Part shown: positions 19,136 through 28,693 of the stretch, in pieces
Layout of the letters: each line of letters opens with the position of its first letter
How positions within the stretch are numbered: the first letter of the stretch is position 1
From: an uncultured archaeon
GTDB lineage: Archaea; Altiarchaeota; Altiarchaeia; IMC4; SCGC-AAA252-I15
Direction of reading: 5' to 3'
DNA length: 64,000 nt
NCBI GenBank assembly: GCA_902384455.1
Contig: CABMCB010000092.1
Span: 21,106 to 85,105 of the forward strand
The notes under the pieces: generated by a model
Database searches by the model: none
Told to the model about the DNA's origin: nothing
What the model saw: only the letters and a program-made list of their open reading frames with translations
Position numbers and translations under genes: made by a program

Positions 19136-20029
19136 TTATAATCGCGTGGTGACAATCACTTTGTCCGGCAGAATAACGCTCGTGTGCTCGAACTGGGTTA
19201 CGACGCCTTTAGACTTGTCTGAAAGCACAGGGTAACCGCGGATTACGCCCTGCTGCATAAGATGCAGCAACGCCTGATTCAAACGCAGCTCAGGAAGCAA
19301 ATCCGCAAACCAACGGGCTGCGAAAGGCAGACTGCCCCGCTCATAAACCGCGTCAAGAAGTAAACGCGCGTCCTTAGGCCGCACCGGCCGGTCGTTTTGC
19401 AAAGAGAAAATCTCGACCCTGCGGCTCTCAACAACGCGGCCTGCTCCGTTTGTTGCGAATGGTTCTATTGCGACTGCGGTTCCTGGGTGTATTGTTGTTT
19501 TTGAGTTGAGGGGTATGTTTGGTATTGCTATTCCGGCGTGCAGGTCGTATTGGCGCACTTCGTGGCCTGTCAGGTTTTCTATTGGGCGGAATCCTGCGTC
19601 TGCGAGCGTTTTTTGCACGAGTGCCCCCAGTTCGCTCACGTTCAATCCTGCGGAAAGCATCGCAAGCTCCCCGTCTAACGCTCTTTTGTTGGCTTCGATC
19701 ATCCGCCCGTGTTTTTGGGACAAGTCGATTGTTGCTGCGGTGTCTCCTATGTAGCCGTCCACGTGCACTCCCACGTCGACTTTGACGACGTCGTTTTCGG
19801 TGAAAATGCGTTCGTCGTCGGCTGCTGGAGTATCGTGGGCTGCTGCTTCGTTGAGGCTTATGTTCACCGGGAATGCTATGCCTGCGCCCGACTTTAGTAT
19901 TAGGGTTTCCACTTCTTGCGCAACAGAAAGAAGCGTTTCACCTGTTTTGACTCTAGAGACTCCATGCTTAAGCGCTTCAGCCGCTATCCGGCCTGCTTCC
20001 ACGTATTTTTCTATTTCCTCCTGTTCCAT
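19136..20029 (-). CDS. map: Methionine aminopeptidase type II
   Basis: AFPVNISLNE.AAHDT, DVGVHVDGYIGDTA, NLTGH, AIEPF, QFEHT. Confidence 0.95.
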   Translation of the reverse strand: MEQEEIEKYVEAGRIAAEALKHGVSRVKTGETLLSVAQEVETLILKSGAGIAFPVNISLNEAAAHDTPAADDERIFTENDVVKVDVGVHVDGYIGDTAATIDLSQKHGRMIEANKRALDGELAMLSAGLNVSELGALVQKTLADAGFRPIENLTGHEVRQYDLHAGIAIPNIPLNSKTTIHPGTAVAIEPFATNGAGRVVESRRVEIFSLQNDRPVRPKDARLLLDAVYERGSLPFAARWFADLLPELRLNQALLHLMQQGVIRGYPVLSDKSKGVVTQFEHTSVILPDKVIVTTRL

Positions 20030-20108
20030 TTGGCGTTACTTGTTGGTGTGGTGCGGCTAAAAACCCATTATAGGATGGCTTTTATCCCGACGATTCCCGT
20101 ATTAATGT

Positions 20109-21449
20109 ATGTCGGCCAAGCATGTCGTAGCCGGGGATCCGGCGGCTGTAGGAGCACAAGATTCTGTTTTGCCTGCGTCTGTTTCTGCGGGCAGCCCGCC
20201 GTTTGTGAAAAGGGTTACTGGCAACGCTGATTTGATGCTTTCTCTTGAGGCGATTTTGGGACCTCAAGATAGCGTTCCTGCCGTTGAATCCGCTTTGGCC
20301 AGGATTGGTGAAGATAGGGTTTATGCTTTGGCTTCGCGCCTGCCGGCTGTAAATCCCAAAGGCACTCGGTATCCCGGGAACGCCAAAGGCAGCGACATGG
20401 CCGAAGTCACATTGTTCACCACTGACCCGCGGCTTAATCCGGAGAAGGTGCTTCCGGTTCTCCAACTTAAGGCATCAGCTGAACCATCAACTGCGGAAGA
20501 CAAAGTGGAAATGAGGGGAGTCGCTTATTCCCTACAGCACACGCCCCAGGCAATGAAAGCATGGTCTTCTTTCCTGCCTAAAGACGCCTCGCACGAACCC
20601 GACGCCATCGCCACAAGACTCGAAAGGCTAACTCCCACAGAATGGAAGGTGCTGCGCGCAGTCGCAGAAGAAGGCCTCCACGACTCGATGGGCGACGTGG
20701 ATTTGATGGGACTGCTTGCTGAGGGAGTTGGAGTTGACTCTGCCGCTTCCGCCGCTCATATCGCTCACCGAGCCATAGCCGTATTAAACAACAGAGCCCG
20801 CGTCACCGTCGACCCTGCTGTCGGGCGCGAAATAGACAATCTAGCTACTGAAGGCGCTAGATTGGTGGCGGCCAGAAGCAGGTTGGATGAGCAGCATGAC
20901 GCGTCGCGCGCGGAATTCGAGGTTCATTTCGCTCAAGCGTTCCCCGGCCACATAAACAGGCCTGCCGTGGAAGCTGCGGCGAAACGAGGAGTCGTGCCTG
21001 CGGAAGCTAAAACCAATCCTCTTGTTTTGGCTGAACAACTTTCGATTCAAGACAAACGTGACTTACTTGCCCACCTCGAAGAAAAGGGGTACAGCGAGGC
21101 TCGCGAAGTCCTTCTTAGGTCTAGGGCAATAGTTGCTCCAGACGACCCTGAATCAAGGTTGGCGTATGCAAGGAGCGCTATAGAGAGGATAGCGGAATCA
21201 GGAAGGAAGGTTTTCGTCACCCATGCTCCTTCAGCCGGAAGATACAAGTCCGACGAAATGGGTTGGATTCTTGCCGCGAGGTATCCGCGTCAGGGAGACC
21301 AGAAGACGCAGGAAGAAACAGCCCAACAGATGACTGAATATACAAAAGGGCAGAAGAAGTACACGGTACAAGATGTGGATCAGATGGAGAAGGTGCTGCT
21401 TAGGGAGATGGCGGGATACACGTTCCTGCTCCCCGCCGGACAGAAATGA
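20109..21449 (+). CDS. Hypothetical protein (Ala-rich, largely helical)
   Basis: 446 aa ORF filling the gap between map and rtcA; no motif recognised. Confidence 0.7.
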   Translation: MSAKHVVAGDPAAVGAQDSVLPASVSAGSPPFVKRVTGNADLMLSLEAILGPQDSVPAVESALARIGEDRVYALASRLPAVNPKGTRYPGNAKGSDMAEVTLFTTDPRLNPEKVLPVLQLKASAEPSTAEDKVEMRGVAYSLQHTPQAMKAWSSFLPKDASHEPDAIATRLERLTPTEWKVLRAVAEEGLHDSMGDVDLMGLLAEGVGVDSAASAAHIAHRAIAVLNNRARVTVDPAVGREIDNLATEGARLVAARSRLDEQHDASRAEFEVHFAQAFPGHINRPAVEAAAKRGVVPAEAKTNPLVLAEQLSIQDKRDLLAHLEEKGYSEAREVLLRSRAIVAPDDPESRLAYARSAIERIAESGRKVFVTHAPSAGRYKSDEMGWILAARYPRQGDQKTQEETAQQMTEYTKGQKKYTVQDVDQMEKVLLREMAGYTFLLPAGQK

Positions 21450-21453
21450 TAAG

Positions 21454-22464
21454 TCAACGGCGACCGTTTATTATGTTTCCTTCTGCTTTGATGTTTAGTT
21501 TGAACTGGCGTGCTACGTCCATGTTTGTTTCGCAGTGTCGGGTGATTTTGGCCGCCTGGATTTCTCCGCCGTACAGTGCTATGTAGGGTATTATTTGGTC
21601 TGCGAGGTGCGAGTCGACTGCTGCGCCAGAGTTTAGTTCGCAAGTAAGTAAGTTTGCGGCTTCCAAGCCTACTGTTTCAGAGCTTATGTTTTGGCCGCCG
21701 AGAGCGCATGCGCCTATGGTTGAGTTTTTGCAGACGCCCCAGAGGGTTATTCCGCTGCCTAAAGACAGCGAGTCAACGTACTGGTTAGCTAAAGAAGGGG
21801 CCATGTGGAATGAGTTGTATAGGGGCGTGCGGGCGGATTTGCTTTGGCGCTCTGCGACAGACCTTTTCGCAAGTTCCTTGTGCGCGTGGGATACTCCGTG
21901 AATGGACTCTATGTTTCCTCTTTCAAGCAGGACTAACGGTTTGGGGTCAGTTAGCGGCTGGATTTCCGCCTCAATGATACCTCCTCCGGCGGGATAGTAT
22001 CCGCGGCGTTTCACTTTGAACTCCACGTTCGCGCCGAAGTTTGATAATAGTGGAAGAAAAACTTTTTCGACGTAATCCGACGAAGGAGCATGAGACACGT
22101 CGGTGCCGCCTATTAGGGTTAATGACACGGGTTGGGGCGCAGACAGAGCCACAGGCAAAATGGCCTGAAAAAGAAGTGGTGTTGAACCCGCGGTGCCCAC
22201 GTCAAAACGGAAGTGTCCGCCGATTATTTTCCGGGGAGTAAAAGAAACCTCCGTCGAACCCACCTCAAGCCCTTCAACCTTTGCGTCTGACATTTGGGCT
22301 GCCGCTTTGGCTGCGGTCAGATGCTGCGGGCGCAGTCCCGGATTTTCTCTTTTAGACCTTATGTTGAATATTCGGACTGGTTCGCCGGTTACTGCTGAGA
22401 GCGCCACACTTGTTCTTAGCATCTGGCCGCCTCCTTCTCCTTTGCTTCCGTCGATGTTTATCAC
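21454..22464 (-). CDS. rtcA: RNA 3'-terminal phosphate cyclase
   Basis: GEGGGQMLR, PGLRPQH, TAGS, RGYYPAGGG, VDSHLADQ, TRH. Confidence 0.95.
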   Translation of the reverse strand: MINIDGSKGEGGGQMLRTSVALSAVTGEPVRIFNIRSKRENPGLRPQHLTAAKAAAQMSDAKVEGLEVGSTEVSFTPRKIIGGHFRFDVGTAGSTPLLFQAILPVALSAPQPVSLTLIGGTDVSHAPSSDYVEKVFLPLLSNFGANVEFKVKRRGYYPAGGGIIEAEIQPLTDPKPLVLLERGNIESIHGVSHAHKELAKRSVAERQSKSARTPLYNSFHMAPSLANQYVDSLSLGSGITLWGVCKNSTIGACALGGQNISSETVGLEAANLLTCELNSGAAVDSHLADQIIPYIALYGGEIQAAKITRHCETNMDVARQFKLNIKAEGNIINGRR

Positions 22465-22507
22465 AATGTAGATTACTTAAGGTTTGGATTGGAAATAGGT
22501 TGATGTT

Positions 22508-23068
22508 ATGTTTATTGTTTTGGAGGGCGTTGACGGTTGCGGCAAGTCTACTCAGGCTAAGTTGCTTGGGGAGTATTTGAAGGGTTTGGGTAAGCTGGTT
22601 GTTTTGACTGCCGAACCCAGCAAAAGCATGGTTGGCGTTGCGTTGAGGCAGATTTTGAGGGGGGACGCTGAGGTTGACGCTAGGACTCTTGCGCTTCTGT
22701 TTACTGCGGACCGGATGGAGCATCTTAAGGCTGAGATTCTGCCTGCTTTGGAGTCCGGCAAGATTGTTGTGTGCGAACGGTATGTTTTGAGCACCGTAGC
22801 TTATCAGGCCGCTCAGGGTGTGGATGCGCAGTGGATTCTTGAGTTGAACAGGTTTGCGCCAAAGCCCGACGTCTCTTTCCTTTTGGAAGCGGACCCTAAG
22901 ACGGCTGCTGCCCGCGCCAAGTCCGGCGAAATATTCGAGCGCGAAGACTTCCTAAAGCGCGTCACTCAGAATTACTACGCTTACGGCGGAGAACTGATAA
23001 GGATTCCGCCTCAGAGTGTCGATAAGGTTCAGGCCGCAATTAGGAAGGTCGTTGCGGGGCGGATTTAA
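22508..23068 (+). CDS. tmk: Thymidylate kinase
   Basis: FIVLEGVDGCGKSTQ, LLFTADR, ERYVLSTVAYQ. Confidence 0.95.
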   Translation: MFIVLEGVDGCGKSTQAKLLGEYLKGLGKLVVLTAEPSKSMVGVALRQILRGDAEVDARTLALLFTADRMEHLKAEILPALESGKIVVCERYVLSTVAYQAAQGVDAQWILELNRFAPKPDVSFLLEADPKTAAARAKSGEIFEREDFLKRVTQNYYAYGGELIRIPPQSVDKVQAAIRKVVAGRI

Positions 23069-23244
23069 GTCTGTTTGGCGGGCCCCTGGATTTTCGGCAT
23101 AAGGTAGATTATTAGTAGCCCGAAGAACACGGGGTAAAGCTGCCATGTGATTACGTAGGGAGAGAACGTGTTTATCGCCCAGAATACGAGGGCCACTATT
23201 ATTGCAGAACCTACGACAACCTTTATTCCGCTGTTGTCTTCCAT
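23065..23244 (-). CDS. Small two-TM membrane protein (59 aa, absent from the ORF track)
   Basis: Hand translation: MEDNSGIKVVVGSAIIVALVFWAINTFSPYVITWQLYPVFFGLLIIYLMPKIQGPAKQT; fills the gap. Confidence 0.55.
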   Translation of the reverse strand: MEDNSGIKVVVGSAIIVALVFWAINTFSPYVITWQLYPVFFGLLIIYLMPKIQGPAKQT

Positions 23245-23281
23245 GCCGTTAATATCTGTGGTCGCCTTATTAAAAAAGAGG

Positions 23282-24448
23282 TTAGGCCGTCAGGTATTTG
23301 TTTGCTTGGAATCCTTTGATTGTCCGGTGTTCTGGCGGCGCTATGAAGTATATTTGGAGTCGTTCTGCCTCGTTTTGCTCAAGGGAGCGGGCGAGGCCGC
23401 TTACTTCGTCTATGCGGCGTAGTTTTTGGTCGTATTCTACTTTGACGCGGTATTCGCTTAGTTTTGGTTCGGGTATGTCTATTATTAGGTTTCCGTTTGG
23501 GATTTGGTTTTCTTTGGCTGCTTTTTTTTCTGTTTTTGCTATGTTTTTGATTGTTTTTGCGCGTCTTTTTTCTGGTAGTGTTGAGTATTTTTCTGTGTGG
23601 AATATTTTGAATAGGCGTCGTTGGTCGAGGCGTTTTATCATGTCTGATACGTATCCTGGTGTTTGGCGCATGTGGTGTATTAGTTCTGCGTCGTCCATTT
23701 TTTGGATTTCGTTTGGCTGTTGGTTTTCGAGGAATTTTGTTAGTGCGCGGGAGAACATTGCTTCTGCGATTCTTTTTGTGTGGTGGCGGTATACGGTCTG
23801 GTACATTAGTGAGCGGGCTATGAGCAGGCTTTCCGCGGCTTCTATTCCGCCTTCCCCTACGACGAGTTCTTTTCCGGTCCACGATAGCCGAAGAAGGATT
23901 CTTTCCACGTCTATTACTCCGTAAGTTACGCCTGCGTAGTATGCGTCGCGGACGAGGTAGTCCATTTTGTCGGCGTCTATCTCGCTTGAGATTATTCTGC
24001 TTAATGAGCCTTCTCCCAATACGAGGCCGGCCACTTTTTTAGGGTTGAGTCCGTGTTCCAACAATATGTCTGATATTTCAGTTTTGCGTATTATGCGGGC
24101 GCTTTCTTTTTCGTGGGGGTAGGAAAGCGGAGCAAGCACCGCGTCTGTCGTGTGGCTTAACGGAGGATGCCCTACGTCGTGGAGTAAGGCGGCGGCTGTG
24201 ACCAGTTTCTGCTCGTCAGGCGGCAACTCCAGGTGTTCGGCTATCTGGCGGGCCACGTGCATAGTGCCTATGCTGTGTTCGAACCGTGTGCTGTTCATCG
24301 CAGGGTAAACAAGGTAGCATAAGCCGTTTTGCTTTATTCCCCTTAGCCGCTGCATGTAGGGTGTGTCTACTAGGGATATGCTTAGGTCGTCGAAGGGGAT
24401 GTTGCCGTGTATTGGGTCGCGTATGACTTTGGTTTTATGGGCCCGCAC
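23282..24448 (-). CDS. HD-domain phosphohydrolase (SAMHD1/dNTPase-like)
   Basis: IRDPIHG, QRLRGIKQ, RFEHSIG, LLHDVGHPPLSH, DADKMDYL, MYQTVYRH; start set at the GTG at 24448. Confidence 0.9.
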   Translation of the reverse strand: MRAHKTKVIRDPIHGNIPFDDLSISLVDTPYMQRLRGIKQNGLCYLVYPAMNSTRFEHSIGTMHVARQIAEHLELPPDEQKLVTAAALLHDVGHPPLSHTTDAVLAPLSYPHEKESARIIRKTEISDILLEHGLNPKKVAGLVLGEGSLSRIISSEIDADKMDYLVRDAYYAGVTYGVIDVERILLRLSWTGKELVVGEGGIEAAESLLIARSLMYQTVYRHHTKRIAEAMFSRALTKFLENQQPNEIQKMDDAELIHHMRQTPGYVSDMIKRLDQRRLFKIFHTEKYSTLPEKRRAKTIKNIAKTEKKAAKENQIPNGNLIIDIPEPKLSEYRVKVEYDQKLRRIDEVSGLARSLEQNEAERLQIYFIAPPEHRTIKGFQANKYLTA

Positions 24449-24484
24449 GTATTTTATTTCGGGGGACTGCGTTAATAAGAAGAG

Positions 24485-25339
24485 ATGGAGAAAAAACGTG
24501 ATGCCAGTAGCTGGAAGTGGCGGGCTCTTGCTATAGGGGCCGTCGTCTTGGCGGCGTACGTTTGGCTGAGCCATACGGGAAGCGAAGCGGACGTATCCGT
24601 TGGCAGCGCAATAAATCCCGCGCACCTTATCTCTTTGATGGGGGCTGCCGTATACGATGTTGACGCGTACAAGTTTAACGTCAGCTTCGTTGACAGGGTC
24701 TACGGAACAAACCAAGGAGGATACGTTAACGCTGTCATGGGAGTGCAGACTAAGGGCGTAGCAAACGTTAAGACACGTTGGCTGGCTTCCGACGTACTCA
24801 CAGGGATGCTTTGGTTCGAGGGGAACACTTCATCAGACCAGGAAAAGAACATCACAATATACGTGATTGACAACAGCATGTATTCTAAGCCCCAAGACAT
24901 CTGGTTCAAGCAGAATATTACGCCCAAAAAACTCATATGGAACAACCTCACACACCCCCAACAGCATTTCAACCTCCTTAAGGGATCGGAAATGAACATA
25001 TCAGGCCCCACATACGTCGGCGGCCACACAGTCTGGGTTGTTGACGCCAAACCGCGCAAGGAGGCCGTTATGGGGTATTTGGAGCAGGCCACGAGCGGGG
25101 GGGGAATAGGAGGTTCTGTGGAGGGGGCTCAGACTATAAGGGACGTCAGGTTGTGGATGTGGGTTGATGCCGAAAGGAATCTGCCTTTACGGTCGGACAT
25201 TATGGTGCAGTTCGTTGACGGGGATGTTACTTCGCAGGCGGAGGTAATCACTGACTTGTTTGATTACGGCGGCTTGGGAGCGATTACTGTTCCGCCTGAA
25301 GTAGAGGATGCTATAGAAGACCCAAGCGAGATTAATTAA
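24485..25339 (+). CDS. Membrane-anchored beta-rich protein (LolA/LppX-like fold suspected)
   Basis: N-terminal TM anchor; alternating beta strands; MWVDAERNLP, FDYG...ITVPPE. Confidence 0.55.
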   Translation: MEKKRDASSWKWRALAIGAVVLAAYVWLSHTGSEADVSVGSAINPAHLISLMGAAVYDVDAYKFNVSFVDRVYGTNQGGYVNAVMGVQTKGVANVKTRWLASDVLTGMLWFEGNTSSDQEKNITIYVIDNSMYSKPQDIWFKQNITPKKLIWNNLTHPQQHFNLLKGSEMNISGPTYVGGHTVWVVDAKPRKEAVMGYLEQATSGGGIGGSVEGAQTIRDVRLWMWVDAERNLPLRSDIMVQFVDGDVTSQAEVITDLFDYGGLGAITVPPEVEDAIEDPSEIN

Positions 25340-25629
25340 TTGGCGGCAGCAGATTTTGTAGGCCGCATTTTCCATATCGCTAATGCGGCTATTGTCACGA
25401 ATATGAATGTGGCTGTTGTTGTTGTGGGGTTTGCCGGCACTTCGAACGTCTTGCTGAGGAAGTATAGTATGAGTGGGGGTGTTAGGCCGAGTATGAAGCT
25501 GTATCCTAGGCGTTCTAGGACGTCTAGGTCTTGTTTTCTTGGGAATATTGCGTATGAGATGGCTATGCCCGGTATTAGTAGCAGTGCCATAAGGACTATA
25601 GTGCCTTTTACTGCGGTGACTGCGTCCAT
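25336..25629 (-). CDS. DUF1616-like small membrane protein
   Basis: LIPG.....AIFP....LDVLERLGYSFILGL pattern. Confidence 0.65.
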   Translation of the reverse strand: MDAVTAVKGTIVLMALLLIPGIAISYAIFPRKQDLDVLERLGYSFILGLTPPLILYFLSKTFEVPANPTTTTATFIFVTIAALAIWKMRPTKSAAAN

Positions 25630-25665
25630 GGGTTAATACGTTCCCTTGAGCCCTTAAAAATGCGG

Positions 25666-26763
25666 TTAGAACAGGTCGAGGAAGAAGCCGGGCGCGTTTG
25701 ATAATGCGGTGAACGTCAGGTGCGGGTCCTTTATCAGGCTGCTTATTGTTTTTGACGCAAGGTCCATGTCCCCTTTTTCCTCCAGGTTCGTTGCGTGTTC
25801 CGACAGTATCCGTATTAGGCGGTCCATGTTTTTTGGCGGCAGCCTTCCCATTAAGCGGTGGACTGTCAGATGCAGCCGGAGTTCTTTTTCTATGTCGGCC
25901 CTCCACGCTTTGTCGTATTGCGGGTCGTTTGCGTGAGTGGCCGCTTGGCATCCCATTATTACTCCTCCTCCTGTTGTCGCCTTGACTTGCCCTGCGCAGT
26001 CGCCGACCATTATGAAGCGCCCTTTTTGCGTGGGAAGCCTATGTTCGAATATGGGTATTGCGCCCCAAGTTTTTTCAGCTATTGAGCCGGCCTTTACTCG
26101 GCCTTCCCGCTTCAGTCGGCTTATGAACGCTTCCAAGTGGGGCGTGGGGTTTTGGTATGTTGCAGTGCCTATGCGCACGGTGCCGTCGCCTTTCGGTATT
26201 ATCCACGAGAAGAATCTGGGGACTGTGAAATGTAGTTCCACCATGTCCAAGTCACATTCTATTTTCATTTCGTATTGAGCGCCGACAAGATGATTCTTTG
26301 GGACTCTAAACCCCGCCTGAAGAGGCAGACGATAATTGGTTCCGGTGGCGAGGACTATTTTTTCGGCCGCTAGTTCCCCTGACGGGAGGGTCACTTTGGG
26401 GGTTACGTCGATTGCGCGCTCGTTGATTAGCACTGCGCCAAAGTCGACCGCTTCATCCTGCATGCGCGCGTCTAATGTGCGTCGGTCATAAACGAAAGCC
26501 TTATACTTCTTGGGGCGTATTTCCGCCGTTTCCCCTCCCGGCGAAACGAGCTTCGCCCCCCGTATTCGATTGAGTACTATGTCGTCTGCTTTTACGCCTA
26601 AACGCCCCATCCCGCTGACGCTTATGAGCCCGCTACATTGAACCGGCTGCGCATCCTTCTTATGTTCCTCAACGAGCACGACGGCGTTGCCCGCCTTCGC
26701 CATAAACTTCGCCGCCATAGAACCAGCAGGCCCGCCTCCGACTACGGCCGCGTCGTAGCGCAT
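25666..26763 (-). CDS. Geranylgeranyl reductase family FAD oxidoreductase
   Basis: YDAAVVGGGPAGS, PVQCSG, SWIIP, VGDCAGQVKATTGGG. Confidence 0.88.
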   Translation of the reverse strand: MRYDAAVVGGGPAGSMAAKFMAKAGNAVVLVEEHKKDAQPVQCSGLISVSGMGRLGVKADDIVLNRIRGAKLVSPGGETAEIRPKKYKAFVYDRRTLDARMQDEAVDFGAVLINERAIDVTPKVTLPSGELAAEKIVLATGTNYRLPLQAGFRVPKNHLVGAQYEMKIECDLDMVELHFTVPRFFSWIIPKGDGTVRIGTATYQNPTPHLEAFISRLKREGRVKAGSIAEKTWGAIPIFEHRLPTQKGRFIMVGDCAGQVKATTGGGVIMGCQAATHANDPQYDKAWRADIEKELRLHLTVHRLMGRLPPKNMDRLIRILSEHATNLEEKGDMDLASKTISSLIKDPHLTFTALSNAPGFFLDLF

Positions 26764-26766
26764 AAT

Positions 26767-27486
26767 TCACGGACCTCTGCCGTCTTTCCGTCTTTTTAGC
26801 GCAGCTAGCAAATGGGGGGTGGCTATGAACGTCGGGTCCGGGCTTTTGGGGTCGCTTATTTCCAGGAGGTTTTTTGCGGCGAGAGCGTCGGCCCATTTGC
26901 GTATGAGGTCTTTGTCTGTGTCAAGGATTATGCCGACGTCTATGAATTTTATCCGCCCCAAACGCACGAGGAGTTCTATGAAGTCTTGCATTCCTTTCTT
27001 TTTGCGTGCTTCGGAGTGGGGGCTTAAATCCAAGAGGTCTTCGTCGAACAGTTTTTCTTCCTGACGTTTCTCCCAGTCTGAATTTATTCCGGGCGAGGAT
27101 ACTAGAAGGTCTTTTTCCGCCTGAAGGCGAGTCTCGTGCTCTGCAGTCAGGTTGTTTCTTAAGCCTTCGATTTCGGTTTTTGCTTCGTCCAGCTTCTTCT
27201 TAAGACCCTCAACCTCTTTTTCCAGGGACGCTATGGTCTCCTGCGCTTTAGGCAGCTCCCTTTGGCAGGCCAAATGCTCGGTGTGCTCTTTAAGCAGCTG
27301 CCGGCTTAAAGTCTCAACCTGTATGCTCTGTATTCTCTGAGGGTCAGAGCTCTGCTTGGTCGCCTCCTTGTAGATTTCATTGTAGGCACGCTGGGCGTTG
27401 GAGGCTTCCTCCTGGCTTTTGCCGAGCTCTTCCTTGAGGCGCTGGTTTTCCTCTTTTAGTTTGCGGACTTCTTCGTCACTCGCCAT
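26767..27486 (-). CDS. Coiled-coil protein with C-terminal winged-helix-like module
   Basis: Heptad-rich N-terminal part; C-terminus DFIELLVRLGRIKF......LIRKWADAL...NLLEI. Confidence 0.75.
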   Translation of the reverse strand: MASDEEVRKLKEENQRLKEELGKSQEEASNAQRAYNEIYKEATKQSSDPQRIQSIQVETLSRQLLKEHTEHLACQRELPKAQETIASLEKEVEGLKKKLDEAKTEIEGLRNNLTAEHETRLQAEKDLLVSSPGINSDWEKRQEEKLFDEDLLDLSPHSEARKKKGMQDFIELLVRLGRIKFIDVGIILDTDKDLIRKWADALAAKNLLEISDPKSPDPTFIATPHLLAALKRRKDGRGP

Positions 27487-27522
27487 ATGTTGAAAGATTG
27501 GGGCTTGCGCTTAAATGGTGGA

Positions 27523-28605
27523 TTATTTCCTCAGGTCAATCAGGTCTTCGGAGTTTGGCCCTGTAGAAATGAGTGTTACCGGTACGCCGACTTTCTTCGC
27601 TATTGCGTCCACGTGACTGCGCGCTTCCTTCGGCAAATCCGCGATTTGGGTTGCGCCCTGACTTTCAGGGAACAGCCGGTCTAAGCATGTGACCGCAATC
27701 TGTGTTGCGCCGTTCAATCTTGCGCTATACCTTGCCAGCTCGAAGTCGAAGTCGCCCATGCGGCGAGGCCTTCCTGTGACCGTGCCTTTTTCGCTGAAGA
27801 AAAATGCTATCCGCTCTTTGAGCGCCCCTTCCTTGAATCCGGCTTTCTCTGCTTTAGCGAGTATCCCACTCCACATGGGGTTTTTCCTTATTTTTTCGTC
27901 GGTAAGCTCAGTTGCGAAAGGGCCTTCTCCCACGCGCGTCGTGTATGCCTTGTAGACTACTATTACATCTTTGACTTTTGTCGGCCCTATCCCCACGTCC
28001 GCTGCCGCCTGGCTTGCTGTCGTGTCTTTGCTTGTGACGTAGGGGTAGATTCCGTAGTAGAGTGAGAGACCGAACCCTTGACTTGCTTCAACGAGGACTT
28101 TCTTGTTCTTATCCAGTGCGTCGTTTAGTTCAAGCGGAACGTCCGTCAGGTACGGGCTCAATTCTTTGACTGATTCCGCAAGACTTATGGTCCGCATTGC
28201 ACGTTCAGCCGCGGCGGGCCCACATCCAGTCCCAGTAGAACCCACCTTCCCCTTAAGGTGCGGATTAGTCTTGTCGAGTTCACAGTGAGTCTGAGTGATT
28301 ATGGCGCACCTTCGATCCACGCCGAACCTCTTTGCGACACCCGTCACCTCAATCTCCCTTAGCATGACTTCCGGGTTCACAAGCACTCCCGCACCAACAA
28401 GAAGCCGAGCCTTATCATAGACGAAACCGCACGGCAGCATCCTCAGCCCAAACTTCTTCCCGTCCTTATAGACGGTGTGGCCGGCGTTCGGACCTATCCC
28501 TGCGCGGGCAATCACGTCCGGTTTGTCGTTTAAGGCCAAGTATGCGACTACTTTTCCTTTGCCTTCGTCTCCGTAGTGTCCGCCGGTTATTACTGTAGCT
28601 GGCAT
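27523..28605 (-). CDS. purA: Adenylosuccinate synthetase (short archaeal type)
   Basis: [39 protein letters not shown]. Confidence 0.95.
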   Translation of the reverse strand: MPATVITGGHYGDEGKGKVVAYLALNDKPDVIARAGIGPNAGHTVYKDGKKFGLRMLPCGFVYDKARLLVGAGVLVNPEVMLREIEVTGVAKRFGVDRRCAIITQTHCELDKTNPHLKGKVGSTGTGCGPAAAERAMRTISLAESVKELSPYLTDVPLELNDALDKNKKVLVEASQGFGLSLYYGIYPYVTSKDTTASQAAADVGIGPTKVKDVIVVYKAYTTRVGEGPFATELTDEKIRKNPMWSGILAKAEKAGFKEGALKERIAFFFSEKGTVTGRPRRMGDFDFELARYSARLNGATQIAVTCLDRLFPESQGATQIADLPKEARSHVDAIAKKVGVPVTLISTGPNSEDLIDLRK

Positions 28606-28693
28606 GTTGGGTGTAGGTTGGAATAGACTTTTGATAGGGGGGTATTAAATGCTTTAGGATTTTATTCGGGTCGTTCGATAGTGTAGTATCAAC

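Noticed and set aside
24449-24715. N-terminal extension of the HD protein
   Set aside because: It overlaps the divergent gene at 24485; homology begins at KVIRDPIHG just after the GTG at 24448
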